This document shows, piece by piece, positions 41,297 to 52,767 of a DNA stretch of 64,000 nucleotides. The position numbers and the translations under genes were made by a program. Source of the stretch: Paraspadella gotoi (taxonomy: Eukaryota > Animalia > Chaetognatha); the NCBI GenBank assembly GCA_051294375.1, contig CM119269.1:2145601-2209600 (forward strand), written 5' to 3'. How positions within the stretch are numbered: the stretch's first letter is position 1; each line of letters opens with the position of its first letter. The notes under the pieces were generated by a model. It worked only from the letters and a program-made list of their open reading frames with translations, was not told the origin of the DNA and ran no database searches.

Positions 41297-44200
41297 ATGG
41301 CGGCGGTCGCGGGGATGTACGTCATCTACGACAAAGTCAATCAGGTGCTCTGTTTGTCTATTAAAAAGGCCTGATTCACCCAAGTCTCAATTAAGAAAAC
41401 TATGAATTACTGAATCGAGAAAATCATCAATCCATTAATCAATCCCTTGTGGCGAATCTTAAAGCCGCCTCCCGTATAACTCGGTGAAACTCAGCTCGTC
41501 CCATTGGCTTGGACAGCTGAGTATTCGTTCACCAACCGTGGGTTTCTGGTTCACGCTGGTTAAAGTGAGACGGTGTCGGGATAAACACGCCAGTGACATG
41601 GGGTGGTCACAATTTAACCACTAATTCAATTAATTCCCAAAAAACAATATATTAGTGAATCTACCAATACTTAAAATCAAATGAATCGATGAATCAATCA
41701 ATCAATCAATCAATTAGGCGGCGATGCTGGTGGACGAGTCGGCCTACGCAAAGGTCAAGCACCTCGTCGTCGGAGGCCGGCCCAACCTGGAGGGCATCGA
41801 CTACGAGGCTAATAGGAAGAAGCTGCAGTTCAAGCCGCTCGTCGTCCCCAAAGCCGTCGCCAGCGAAGAGAAACCCGAGGACCTCATCGCCATCTACGAC
41901 CGGGTCAACCAGGCCGTCGTCGCCGTGCCCAGGCGGGTCTTCGCTCGCGGGTCTTTCGTCTGTCCTTCGTCGACTCTCATGTCTCTCTCTCTCTCTCCTT
42001 CTCCGCCACAGATGGGCTTACGAGCGCGTGAAGCACTACTACCCAAAGGAGAAGATCGTCCGCCTTGTCCCCCCGAAGCCAAAGGATCTGCGACCGCGGG
42101 CCACGGCCGAGGAGATCGCGGCGCACCCGATCCTGGGATGGACGCCGCCTTACGTTCCGAAACCGACGCCGAATCCCAACATCCCCTGCGAGTTGGGCCT
42201 CGTCGCCTGCCCCGTCCACTCGCCGCGGAGAAACCCAGCGGCGAGGGCGCCGCTCGTCGAATCGGAGCGCGGCGTCGAGGCGGCGAAAGCGGCGGCGGCG
42301 GGGACTGCTGGCGCGGGAAGGTTTGAGTTGTTTTGTTTGTTTTTTTCTCGGGTGTGATGAAGCCTGTTGTGACGAGGCAGGAAAGAGAGAAAGTTCTTTT
42401 TGATCCCCCTTGATGATTAGAATGATAACCGATCTTTTTCTCATTTCCAGACCAGCGGCTGTAGCAATCAAGGCGCCTCCTGCCGCAGCAACGGCCGCAG
42501 CGGGAGCGGCAGCAACGAAGGCAGCGGCGCCGTCATCGACGGCGGACATCTTCGACAGAGTCAACAACGGTTTCATGACGGTGCCGAGGGATGTTTATCT
42601 CAGCGTCAAGCGTTTCTACGCCAACGACGTCACGTTTCTTTACGACCGCGTCAACGATTGTCCGATGAAAGTCGATTGGAGCACTTATATGAAGGTAGGG
42701 GGGGGGAATTGTTTTCACATGTCAATTTTTTTAATGTGATTTGAGTTATTCAAAATTTCCCCTTTTTATCTAATTGTTTTGTTACTATGTGATTTAAACT
42801 GTTATTTTTTCTAACGTTTTAAAATTCCGATAATTTAACAATTGGCTGTTGTTCAGGCGGTACTTAAGTGGGCCGAAGAATGCTATCCATAACTTCTTAA
42901 ACTACTCTATCAGCCTTGGAACGGCCTAGGGCTTGGATTGAGGGTTTTTTCCAAGCCAACGCTTCCCGCAGTGCCATTGGGGGATCGATCCCGGTCCCTG
43001 ATAGTCATGGGCTCAAGAGTCGTCTTTAAAAGTGACGACTGAAGGTCATGTTTATAGGCGGGGTTAAATTATTGTAATACCCGACTACAGTCATCATGAA
43101 ACGCCGAGATTTCTAATTTGCTTTAAACGGTTCTACATTTTATTTTTCACTAAACTTTTCTCAACATACCCGAATCCGATTCCCTCAGGTAAAGAAATAC
43201 TACGATCACGACGCGGGGAAGTTCGTTCCGGAAGTAGCGGCGCGACCCGGAGATGAGACGCTATACGTCAACATCCCCGACCGCATCAACGGGGGCGTCA
43301 TGAGGATCGACTGGATGACCTGGAGGAAGGTTAATGGCTTGATGCTCTTTTGTTGAATTTGTTTTTGGCCGCGAAATAAAAAATTGAAAAATCGGAAAGA
43401 AAGGACGACCCATTTTGTCTCTGTCCGGAGATTTTCAAGTGAAGTAATTTAACTAATAAAATTTTAAAATGCTGCTTCGACATCTGCGTCGAAAAAGGTC
43501 CCATGTTCTAACCCCAATCGGAACGGTACTTGCAGTGACGGACCGGTTATCTTGCCAGTGGCCCCCCTACCTCCGGATCCAAAGTGCCGGAACGCAAGGC
43601 AACCTACTTTCTCATCTCTCTCCTCTTCCCCACCCGTATGATCCCCCCCCAAGGTGCGCCGCTGGTTTCTCGTCGACGTCTTTGACAAAGTGAACGCTTC
43701 GTGGATGACGCTTCCGCGCGACGTCTACCTCCGCGTCAAGCGTCTCTATGACGACGACGAGACTTACCTCTTCGATCGCGTCAACGACTGCCCCATGAAG
43801 GTCTCCTGGCACAACTACTGCAAGGTATCGCTTTAAAAGTTTACTCTATGCTTAAAAAGTTTTTACTATTTTACGTTTTTTACGTTTTAATATTATATAT
43901 AAAGTATATATATTATATACTACCTAGAATATTTTTTTAGTGGAGATAGGTTACGATTGAGAATTATTAGTTTGTTAATGATCCCGTCTGTCACTCGAAC
44001 TAATCGCCGCGCAGGTCCGTCACCACTACGCCGACGTTCCCGTCGACGCCCACCCAGGAGACTCCGACCTCATGATGTCAATCCCCGATCGAATCAACAA
44101 ATCCGTCATGCGGATCCCGTTTCATCTCTGGAGGTGAAGTGGAAGCAGCTGACGCTAGTGGTGGTGCTCTTGTTATTATTTTGGTTGCCGTTGTTGTCGT

Positions 44201-46027
44201 TGTTATTCTATTACTCTTTATCTTTTTCGTTATTGTGGCCAAAGTGAATAATTTTTTATAAGAAATAAGGGCGAGCTTCTGTTGATATCAATTTATTGTT
44301 AAAAAAGCACATTATTATTATTTTAAAGCTCAATCTATTAATTAAATTTCACCTTTGAAATTATAATTCTTCCCTAACTCTCAAAATCTCAACTGACAGA
44401 AAGATAAACTATCTTCTATCTCAACTGACAGAAAGATAAACTATCTTCTCCGCGCTTGGGAAGACAAGGAGCCGGACACTTGGGTCTGGGACAAGGTTAA
44501 CTGCTGCCCCTTGAAGGTCAAATGGAGTACTTACCTTAAGGGTGAGTTTAACCCCCCTCAAAAAAAAGTTTCGATCAAACGGCGCGAAAATTAAAAAACA
44601 ATTTCCTCCTTGGATGACAGTGGCGCACTTGTTCTCTTCCGTCATCGCCCCGCGTCCCGGCGACGAACAGCTCTACGCTTGGATCTGGGACCGAGTCAAC
44701 TCCACTTATCTGCGTCTGCCCTGGACGGCGGTGGAGCGCGCCCAGCGCTTCTTCGCCGACGACTCCACTTTCGTTTGGGACAAAATCAACAAGTGCGAGT
44801 TGAAGATTGGATGGAACGTCTTCATGCAGGTCGCGTCGGGATCTAGTGAGAGGCGCTACGTATTCTTATTAAAGTATTCATTGTTGGTTGAAGCGAAATG
44901 TGGATGAACAAAGGAACTTTAAATTGCTGCCCAATTTAGTAATTGTCGACTTTCTAGCCAGATTCTCTCTCTCTCTCTCTCTCTCTCCCCAGGTCCGTAA
45001 CCACTACGGTTTCACTATCGCGCCTCAACCGGGAGATACGCAACTTCATCATCCAATTTGGGATTTTGTCAACAACAGTTGGATGAGAGTACCCAGGTCG
45101 ATTAATCTCTGAAAAACACTTTTACTACGATGTGCAAAAAAGTAAAAACTCTCACTCGATTAATTCCAGGCCGGTTTATCTCAACGTGAAAAAGTATTAC
45201 GCTAATCTGACGACCTTCATCTACGACAAAGTGAACGAAGTCCCGATGAAAGTCTCTTGGCCAAATTACATGAAGGTGAATAAAACGTAAAATTGTTAAA
45301 TTACGTATTTTCGATATATGGAGCAAATTTATTATCGGGCGTTCAATTTTTGCATACGCCCATATTTATACATACTACTCAGCATAGAAAATGTCAAAAT
45401 TTTAAAATGTTCTTTTTCTTATTTTTAAAGGCAAATTCGAATTCCTTACGAAAAGTTGATGAAAGAAATATAACTCTTTTTAAAAAAATATTTCATTAAG
45501 TGGATCAAAATCCTAAAAACTATTATAATTAACCTATAATCACATTTTAGTATAAAAAATATAGTTTTTTTGAATTTTTGGCTAACTTAATGAAATAATT
45601 TTTGATTAAGACTTATATTTAATAATATTATTTTCTTTTATCAACTTTTTATGAGGAATTCGAATCCACGTTCAAAACTCAGAAAAGATTATTTAAAAAT
45701 TTTGACATTTTCTATTAGAGAATTGACAAAGTTTTTGTTTGCAACGAATTTTATTTATAGTTGAACATAGTTCAATATGACATTTTCTATGTATAAATAT
45801 GGGCGTATGCAAAAATTGAGAAATTTTTTGTGAGCTTGAATAAACATAACGTCTCTCACCAGGTCTCACACCATTACCTGGACTTCTTTCCGCGTCTCGC
45901 CTGTCGTCCAGGCGACGACACTCTTCACGTCTTCATTGTCGACCGCGTCAACTTCTGCCTGATGCGAGTCTCGTGGGACAACTACCTCAAAGTCAAGAAG
46001 ATCGTCGAGAGTCGACGAAACGCTTGA
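41297..46027 (+). CDS. Uncharacterised tandem-repeat protein with 14 'D[RK][VI]N' repeats, ~646 aa, 12 exons: 41297-41344, 41718-41932, 42012-42320, 42451-42694, 43189-43329, 43654-43824, 44015-44133, 44432-44541, 44621-44829, 44993-45096, 45170-45275, 45863-46027
   Basis: CCAACATGG start context; all intron phases match; joined CDS is 1941 nt and open; the repeat motif continues correctly across exon junctions. One intron has a GC donor. Confidence 0.8.
41448..41611 (+). mobile_element. tRNA-derived SINE-like repeat, family A (degenerate copy)
   Basis: Shares TGGCTTGGACAGCT..GTA.TCGTTCACCAACCGTG and ATAAACACGCCAGTGACATGGGGTGGTCAC with 62010-62250. Confidence 0.65.
42853..43090 (-). mobile_element. 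tRNA-derived SINE-like repeat, family B
   Basis: Homologous to 52516-52767 (shared ends TCAGGCG...GGGC.GAAGA.TGCTA and ATAGGCGGGGT...CCCGACTACAG); B-box-like GGATCGATCCC on the minus strand. Confidence 0.6.
45343..45819. mobile_element. Foldback/MITE-like element in the last intron of the repeat-protein gene
   Basis: 32-bp inverted termini TCAATTTTTGCATACGCCCATATTTATACATA / TATGTATAAATATGGGCGTATGCAAAAATTGA plus further internal mirrored blocks. Confidence 0.75.
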
Positions 46028-46730
46028 AGGAATGCTTGAGGAGAAGTTTGTGGTGAAAAGAGATTTAATAATAATTCGAAAAATTGTAGACCGTAGTTAC
46101 TAATAAGAAATTAACTTGCTTAATTGTTGTTTGTTGCCTCGATAAAATAGAAAGTTTTGTAAATTAAGCTCCTACGTCTAGTCTTTCGAGTCACTTGGTT
46201 TTTTCTGATACTTTTTTAAATAAACCAAACAAATTATTATTTTTTCATCGATTGTTTTTAATTAATAAATCAATTTTGTGAACAAAAATAACAGATCAGT
46301 TTACAATTCAACGCAATGCAGTCCAGAATTAGAAAAGTCGCGATAAATGATTAAAGTGCATCGATGATTCTTAGACGCCATAATTCTCGTACTAACTCTC
46401 GGCTCCGAAGAAATAGCGCCGAAGATACGAGTGAAATAGCGAGGATGTGACAAAAATCATAGATTCAGATTAACAACGAGACTAGTTTATTTCATAAGGA
46501 TAAAGGAGACGCCAGGAAAAACGGTTTATGTGGTAAGAGCTTTAAAAGATACGACGGGGCTTGAAATTGGGTTGGCGCGCAATTTGTACAAAGCACTTGT
46601 AACATGTAATAATAATAATATAATATAATATATCATACTCCTCCCGAATCATTGATAAACGTTTCCGAACATGTCCTCCGTCCCGCGACGGCTGGCTTCG
46701 AACTTGGCCTTCTCCAACAGAAATTCTTTG

Positions 46731-47872
46731 TCAAGCTCGCGCATCTTTTCGTCGTTTTGCGCATGCGTACCAATAGAGGCCAAGAATGAAGACTGTGTGG
46801 TACAACGCGTACACGCAGAGCAAGGACACGCACACCTGTGGTAATGGGAACAGGTCACAGACGTTGGCTGTGAAACTACATTGAAACACAAATTAAAATT
46901 ATTCATGTTCTGAGTTGAAATTGAAACAAGCAATCCCGTTCAAAAATAAACTTAATTATTTATGTTCCAGGAGAGTCGGACGCAAAAACGAATTTCAGGG
47001 ACTCTTGTAAATATATTCTAAGATCGGACCTCACCTTCTTGTCTATGGTGAGCCATCCCAACTCTGGCGCCATGAGGTGAGGATAAGCGGCCATTAGGCG
47101 TTGGATGCCAGAATGCCAAACGCAAGAGGAGATGATCATGACGAGGGATCCCAGGACGTACTTGTCAAGGTAAGTCAGGTACGACACTTTGGGGACGCAT
47201 CTAAAACGGGACACTTCGAAATAGTTAAGCCGTAACTCGAGTCATGAGGCGAAAAATACAATTTTAAGTCATTTGTAATAGTATGTATGTGCCACGACAG
47301 TTTACCGGTTAATGACGAACTTGAACTGAATCGTAGTGAGCACCAGCGTGAAGGACAGCGCCAATCGGAACTGCGCCACTTTCGCGTCAACGCAGAAGGT
47401 CGTGAAGCTCAAGCTGCGAGCGAAAGGAATATTAAGAAATTTACGTTGGTTCTCAATGAAACAATCACAAGTATTTAATCAAATTCTCGTGCGATGCCTG
47501 TTGATGAAATAGAGAACGATGAAGATGTTCCAGTAAAAGTAATCGGGTCGTCGCGCCGCTTTGCAGATGCAGGAGAAGGTGGGGTAAGATTTGGGTGAGG
47601 ATCCGCCGTAACTGGAAGGAAAGGGCGGGTAAGGATTAAACTATATGGGAGATGGAGCCGGAGTTGAAAATGGGGTCAGAATTACCGAGAAATGCTGGAA
47701 ATCGAGACTCGAATTTGGGGTTTCCTATTGTCCAAGAATAAACAACTAGTTTGGACCCATGCAAATCTCTTTTCATATTCAAAAAGGAAAGAGACAACAA
47801 AAGACCATTCGCCGAATAAGGGACGCGAGCTTTCAAGTTCAATTACACATTTAAACAAACAAAAGATGAAAA

Positions 47873-47967
<95 letters not shown>

Positions 47968-48909
47968 GTGAAAAGGTAAAAAATAAACAAACAATCAAAC
48001 AAACTCGTGCATTAAATTTAAAATGCGAATCCATGAGCGGCATGGACCATGCGACGTCCATGCTCATGAGTTCAGTCCTCGATACTCACCCTCCTTTCCT
48101 GAAAGCGAAACAATTTGTTTTGTTTTGTTTTTTTTCCATTAGATTAAATTGCAATTAGTTTTCTTCACACATTTAAATACAATAACCTAATGTTCGATCG
48201 GATGTTTTTAACGTAGTTCTTTCACGCCCGAACTCACTCTTCACAGATAAATGGCCTTATCCTTTAAATCATCAACTCCGCCGCCGCTCCGCCGCCGCAC
48301 ATCCTCACTCGCTCACCCTTGCACGATGGCCATTTTCTCCGTGTCCACGTGGCGGAAGAGATCCCACTCCCCTTGATCACCGAACGGAGGAGTCGAAATC
48401 CCGCACTGTTCGTCGGGATCCGCTTCGAGGTCCAACTGGATGATAAAAAAAACAATCAATCAATCAAAAGGATCAAATCAATCGAGTAAATCAAACAATC
48501 AAAGAATTAACTTAATCAGTGAATAAAAAAAAATTAATTATTCATCATTCGATGAAGAGATCATCTCTTATAATGAAATCGAGTAACCAATTCATATCAA
48601 ATCAATCAATCAATTGAATAAATTAACCGACCTATCAATCGATTTAAATAAAATTCAAATCGAATTAATCAATTAAATTTAAAAAAAATATAATTAGACA
48701 GATGACCTCCAACGACGTCCTCTCCGAGGAGACGATGATGCTGAGTTCCTGGACGTCGAAGGGAAAATCCATGAGTTCGAGCGTCTCGGCAAAGACGCCC
48801 TTCAGGTGGCGCCGCTCGAAGACCCAGGCCTGACCCTTCTTGTCCAACTGCCAAGACAACTCCTCCTTGCCCCTGCATCATATAAATGCCCCTTGATCGT
48901 ATAAATAGG

Positions 48910-48993
<84 letters not shown>

Positions 48994-50909
48994 GAAAGAG
49001 AGAGACAGAGAGAGAGAGTCAAGTCACGCTATACCTGTCGCCGCCGATGATGTTCTCGATGAAGAGGAGTGGCTTCCACAATTTGGTGAAGTCGATGATG
49101 GAGTCCAAGGGGCTGATGCCGTCGAGGGCGGGTTCCCGCCATTTCGCCTAAAAGGAAAAATCCGAAAGGGAGGGGACAGAAATCTAAAGGTTTAAAACTA
49201 ATTATTTAGGAGAAAAAAAAACAATTTATTTGTTTTTATCAACGAATTGTATTGTTGTTAATACATGTTTCGACTCTTGAGTTTTAGATAAAAACAAATA
49301 AATAGTTTTTTTGTTTTTTTTCTCCTAAATTTCAAAACGCAACGAAATTGATAGTTTATACTGTATACACAATAACTAATTATTTGTATTAGTATTAGAA
49401 TCAATTGTCGTTTTATAAATTCGGTGAAACAGTTTTCGTTCTTTTCATCGTCGTCGTCTTATTCATCGTCCTCGTGGTCGTCGTCGTCATTGTCATGGTC
49501 GCCATCGGTATCGTCGTCTTTGTCGTTATTCCAAGATACAAATATACCAATATAAAAATCATCCATTCATAATTCATTACAAAAAGCTGGCTTTGTGTAG
49601 GCAAAGCTATAATTGGCCTCCATCCTAAGCAGTAAGAACTGTTTATTAGGGTGGAGTGATGAAAAGATTGTATTTAATGATACTGTTCCCCAAACAATCC
49701 GAGCAAAATATTTTTTGTACTCGATAATCAAACTATCTCACGTCTAAAATATCCTTGTTTGTTCACTCTAATAAAATTTTTGTTCCCAAGAGCTCCACTC
49801 TACTGTATATAAGCACCAGATCACTGAATATAATTCTAAAGACCATCATCATATCATCACCATCATCATCATCATCATCAATTAATCCTTATCATCATCA
49901 TAATCATCATCATCATCAATTCATCATCATCATCATCATTCGTATCATCATCATCTATCATCATCATCATCATAATCATTCATATTCATTTTTCCAATTC
50001 AATTCCATACAAATCATCATCATCATCATCATCGTCATCATCATCATCTTCATCATCATCATAATCATCAATTCATCATAATCATCATCATCATCGTCAT
50101 TATCATCATCATCATCAATTCATAATCATCATCATAATCATCATCATCATCAATTCATCATCGTTCATCATCATCAACATCAATTCATCATAATCATCAT
50201 AATCATCGTCATCATCATCATTATCATCATTCATCATCATCATCATCATCATCACCATCATCATCATCATGCCCGAACCTGAATATAGGCCTTGGCGGTG
50301 TAGACTTCCTTGACGGTGTCGACCTCCTTGACTTTAATGAAGACGGTTCTGACGAAGACGACGGTCTTCTCCTCGTGGACGTCGATCCCGTCGGGGAGGT
50401 CGACGAGCTTCTGGTCGGACACGCGGTTGGGGGGCGGCGACGAGGCGGCGGCGGCGGGGGCTTCCGAGGGGAGAGCTTTTTTCTGGAGGGATAATTATAA
50501 ACTTTAAAAAATAAACATTCATTCAATTAAGAACATTACGACATAAGTCGACAATTATTTTTTTAAAAAAACTCTTAATGGAATTGGTACAACCAATAAA
50601 AAAATTTTCCATTCATTTAATTAATATTAAAATAAGCTATCTTGCTCCTGACTTTGGACAGGTTTTGGTGGTTTAAGGCCTCCGTCATTCTTACAAAATA
50701 ATGAAGATATTTTGAAACATATAACATTTTTGTGTATCAACTAATACCTCTTCTTTGAAAACTTCGATCTTGTCGTAATTCTCTTTGATCTGCAGACTGA
50801 GTTTATTGATGGCGGTTTTGAGTTCATTCAGATGGCGTTGCCCGATCAGTCTGGCCTCGTCCACAGAGAGCGACGACGGCGCCGTAATCGTCGCCAGGGT
50901 CGTCGTCAT
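46731..50909 (-). CDS. Cys-less (Pro-loop) pentameric ligand-gated ion channel subunit, ~418 aa; exons 50909-50748, 50482-50279, 49147-49035, 48872-48707, 48435-48317, 47611-47498, 47413-47306, 47200-47035, 46835-46731
   Basis: pLGIC motifs IKVKEVDTV, LWKPLLFIEN, LELMDFPFDVQEL, EW, ARRPDYFYWNIF (pre-M1), M2 RLALSFTLVLTTIQF, PKVSYLTYLDKY; phases consistent. Start codon and extreme C-terminus uncertain (may extend to 46649). Confidence 0.85.
49204..49331. repeat. Short imperfect inverted repeat (foldback) in a pLGIC intron
   Basis: ATTTAGGAGAAAAAAAAACAA..TATTTGTTTTTATC mirrored by GATAAAAACAAATA...TTGTTTTTTTTCTCCTAAAT. Confidence 0.65.
49647..49802. mobile_element. Internally deleted copy of the 9668-10271 MITE
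   Basis: TAGGGTGGAGTGATGAAAAGATTG joined to TAATGATACTGTTCC...CTATCTCACGTCTAAA...GCTCCACTCTA. Confidence 0.65.
49843..50270. repeat. Long degenerate (CAT)n microsatellite, intronic
   Basis: ~430 bp of CAT/CAA/AAT triplets. Confidence 0.95.
50582..50705 (+). repeat. Dispersed ~115-bp repeat (copy 2)
   Basis: Matches 39430-39545. Confidence 0.8.
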
Positions 50910-51819
50910 CTTCGACTTAACAGAAAATGATAACAATGACAATTATCGCGAGAAACGAACCCAAAAAAAATGGAGAGTTAAAAATTTAAAAACCTTTAAA
51001 TACCGAAAGAAAAATCCCTCCAACAATAACGCACCTGAATTAGCGTTAATTGTTAGAATACTTTTCCGTTGTACAATATTTTATGTTTGGCCAAAGAACA
51101 TTGTTGATTAAAAACGCGAAAACCGATTGGTGAAAACAGCTCGATCGCTTCGGTTGAATCAGAAAACTGAAAAAAGAAAAAAAGAAATAGAAGTGAAATT
51201 TGAAAGGGAGCGATGGATGAGGATGGGGGATCGGGGATCGAGACTTGAACTTTGTAGATCGGAGATTGGGAAGGGGATTGGAGATTAAAGATGCCGATTA
51301 AAAATAGGTATGGGATTTTGGATGTCGTTTGGATGAACGTCGAGTTGGAATATTAGGATAGAGGATTAGGATAGAGGAGAGAGGATAGAGGATTTACGAT
51401 CAGAAAATGGAATGAAGATTTTAGAGCAGAGATGCCAAAGAAAGAAGAAAAGAAGAAGAAAAGAAGAAGAAACAAAAAGAGAGGTAAGTTACTGATATAA
51501 AAAAGAATCTTAGAAAATTTTAGGTTATTTTAGGTTATTTTAGGTTATGTAGGTTAACTAAAATAAAAAAGGTTGATAACAGTGACTTTCTCTTCACGTA
51601 TATTTCCGTGACTACATGATTATGAAATTTATGTGAAAAAAAGTCTTTGCAAAGTTTCAACCACCTCAATCAAATATTACGCGAAATATGCTTCAAGGGG
51701 AAAGGGGACGGTTTTGGAAAAGAGATCCGAAGTTTTTACGGAACTCTCTCTCTCTCGTCCTCGGCGTCGCGGTCTCCTCACTCTCTCTCGTCCTCTTTCC
51801 TCGTTCAACGTCCGACATG

Positions 51820-52020
51820 CGCGCAGCAGGCGTTCCAATCGCCCAATCAGATTTTTCTCTCCATCGGGTAAGGCACGAAACCCCCCCCTCCACTATTATG
51901 GAGAGCGCCCTCCGCATCCTTGCCCCCTCACCCGCTTTTTTGCCTCCTTCTGCTTGAGGCTTCGTTGCTCAGAGAATCGTCGCTGGAAATCTTCAAATGT
52001 CCGACTGATTGGCTGGTCTG
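51820..52020. promoter_or_regulatory. Possible shared promoter between the divergent pLGIC and 7TM genes
   Basis: GC-rich island with two CCAATC motifs (~51835-51848) and a reverse GATTGG (~52007) between head-to-head genes. Confidence 0.3.
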
Positions 52021-52515
52021 CGAGTCTGCAGAGAAGGCCATAGCGATGGACGTGACGACGACAGGAGCCGATGACGCAACGACCAACAGCGCGGACAACG
52101 AAGAGAGACGACGGTTCCATTGCGAAAAGGAATACGATCGAAAAATTCTGGTAAGTGGTTACTTTACTGTCTAGCTTTGTTCTCATTAAAATTAAAAATT
52201 TTATTAGAATACAACCTTGCTGATTTCGTATAAACAATAAACTAATAAAGTCTTAGTATCTTTTGATTTTTATTGAAGATTATAAAAATATGACTATACG
52301 TCTAAGAAATGAATTTTTTACAAAGAATAGATCTTTGAAATGAATGTTTAATTAGGCGAGAAAGGTAAAGCTATGAATTGAAAGATAGCAGATTCTTAAT
52401 ATATTTATATTTACCGTTAAATATATTGATATTATTCATATTTGTTTAACCAATTTTATAGAAATAATAATATTAGAATAAAATTTTAAATAATCATTGG
52501 TCAGTTGAATGTGGA

Positions 52516-52767
52516 TCAGGCGCTAAGTCGGGCTGAAGACTGCTACTTCTTTAACCCGCTCTAGCAACCATGGAACGGGTTCTGGGCTTGGAACCAGGCT
52601 TGAGGGTTTTCCACGCCCCCAAGGTGGCTTACGGCCGTGCTCACGCTTCCCGCAGGGTAGGTACTGGGTTAGGATTGAACCCGGTACCTAGTGGTCATGA
52701 GCGGATGGCTTTACTCAATGAGCCACCGCATATAGGCGGGGTGAACATATGCAATGCCCGACTACAG
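52516..52767 (-). mobile_element. tRNA-derived SINE-like repeat, family B
   Basis: Minus strand has A-box-like TGGCTCATTGAG and B-box GGTTCAATCC at tRNA-like spacing; second copy at 42853-43090. Confidence 0.65.

Noticed and set aside
41297-41780. Resemblance of the first D[RK]VN unit to bacterial RiPP-recognition or HNH N-terminal beta-beta-alpha segments
   Set aside because: Only a short generic pattern match by eye; insufficient to claim homology or horizontal transfer.
49755-50270. His/Ile-rich ORF
   Set aside because: Intronic (CAT)n microsatellite.
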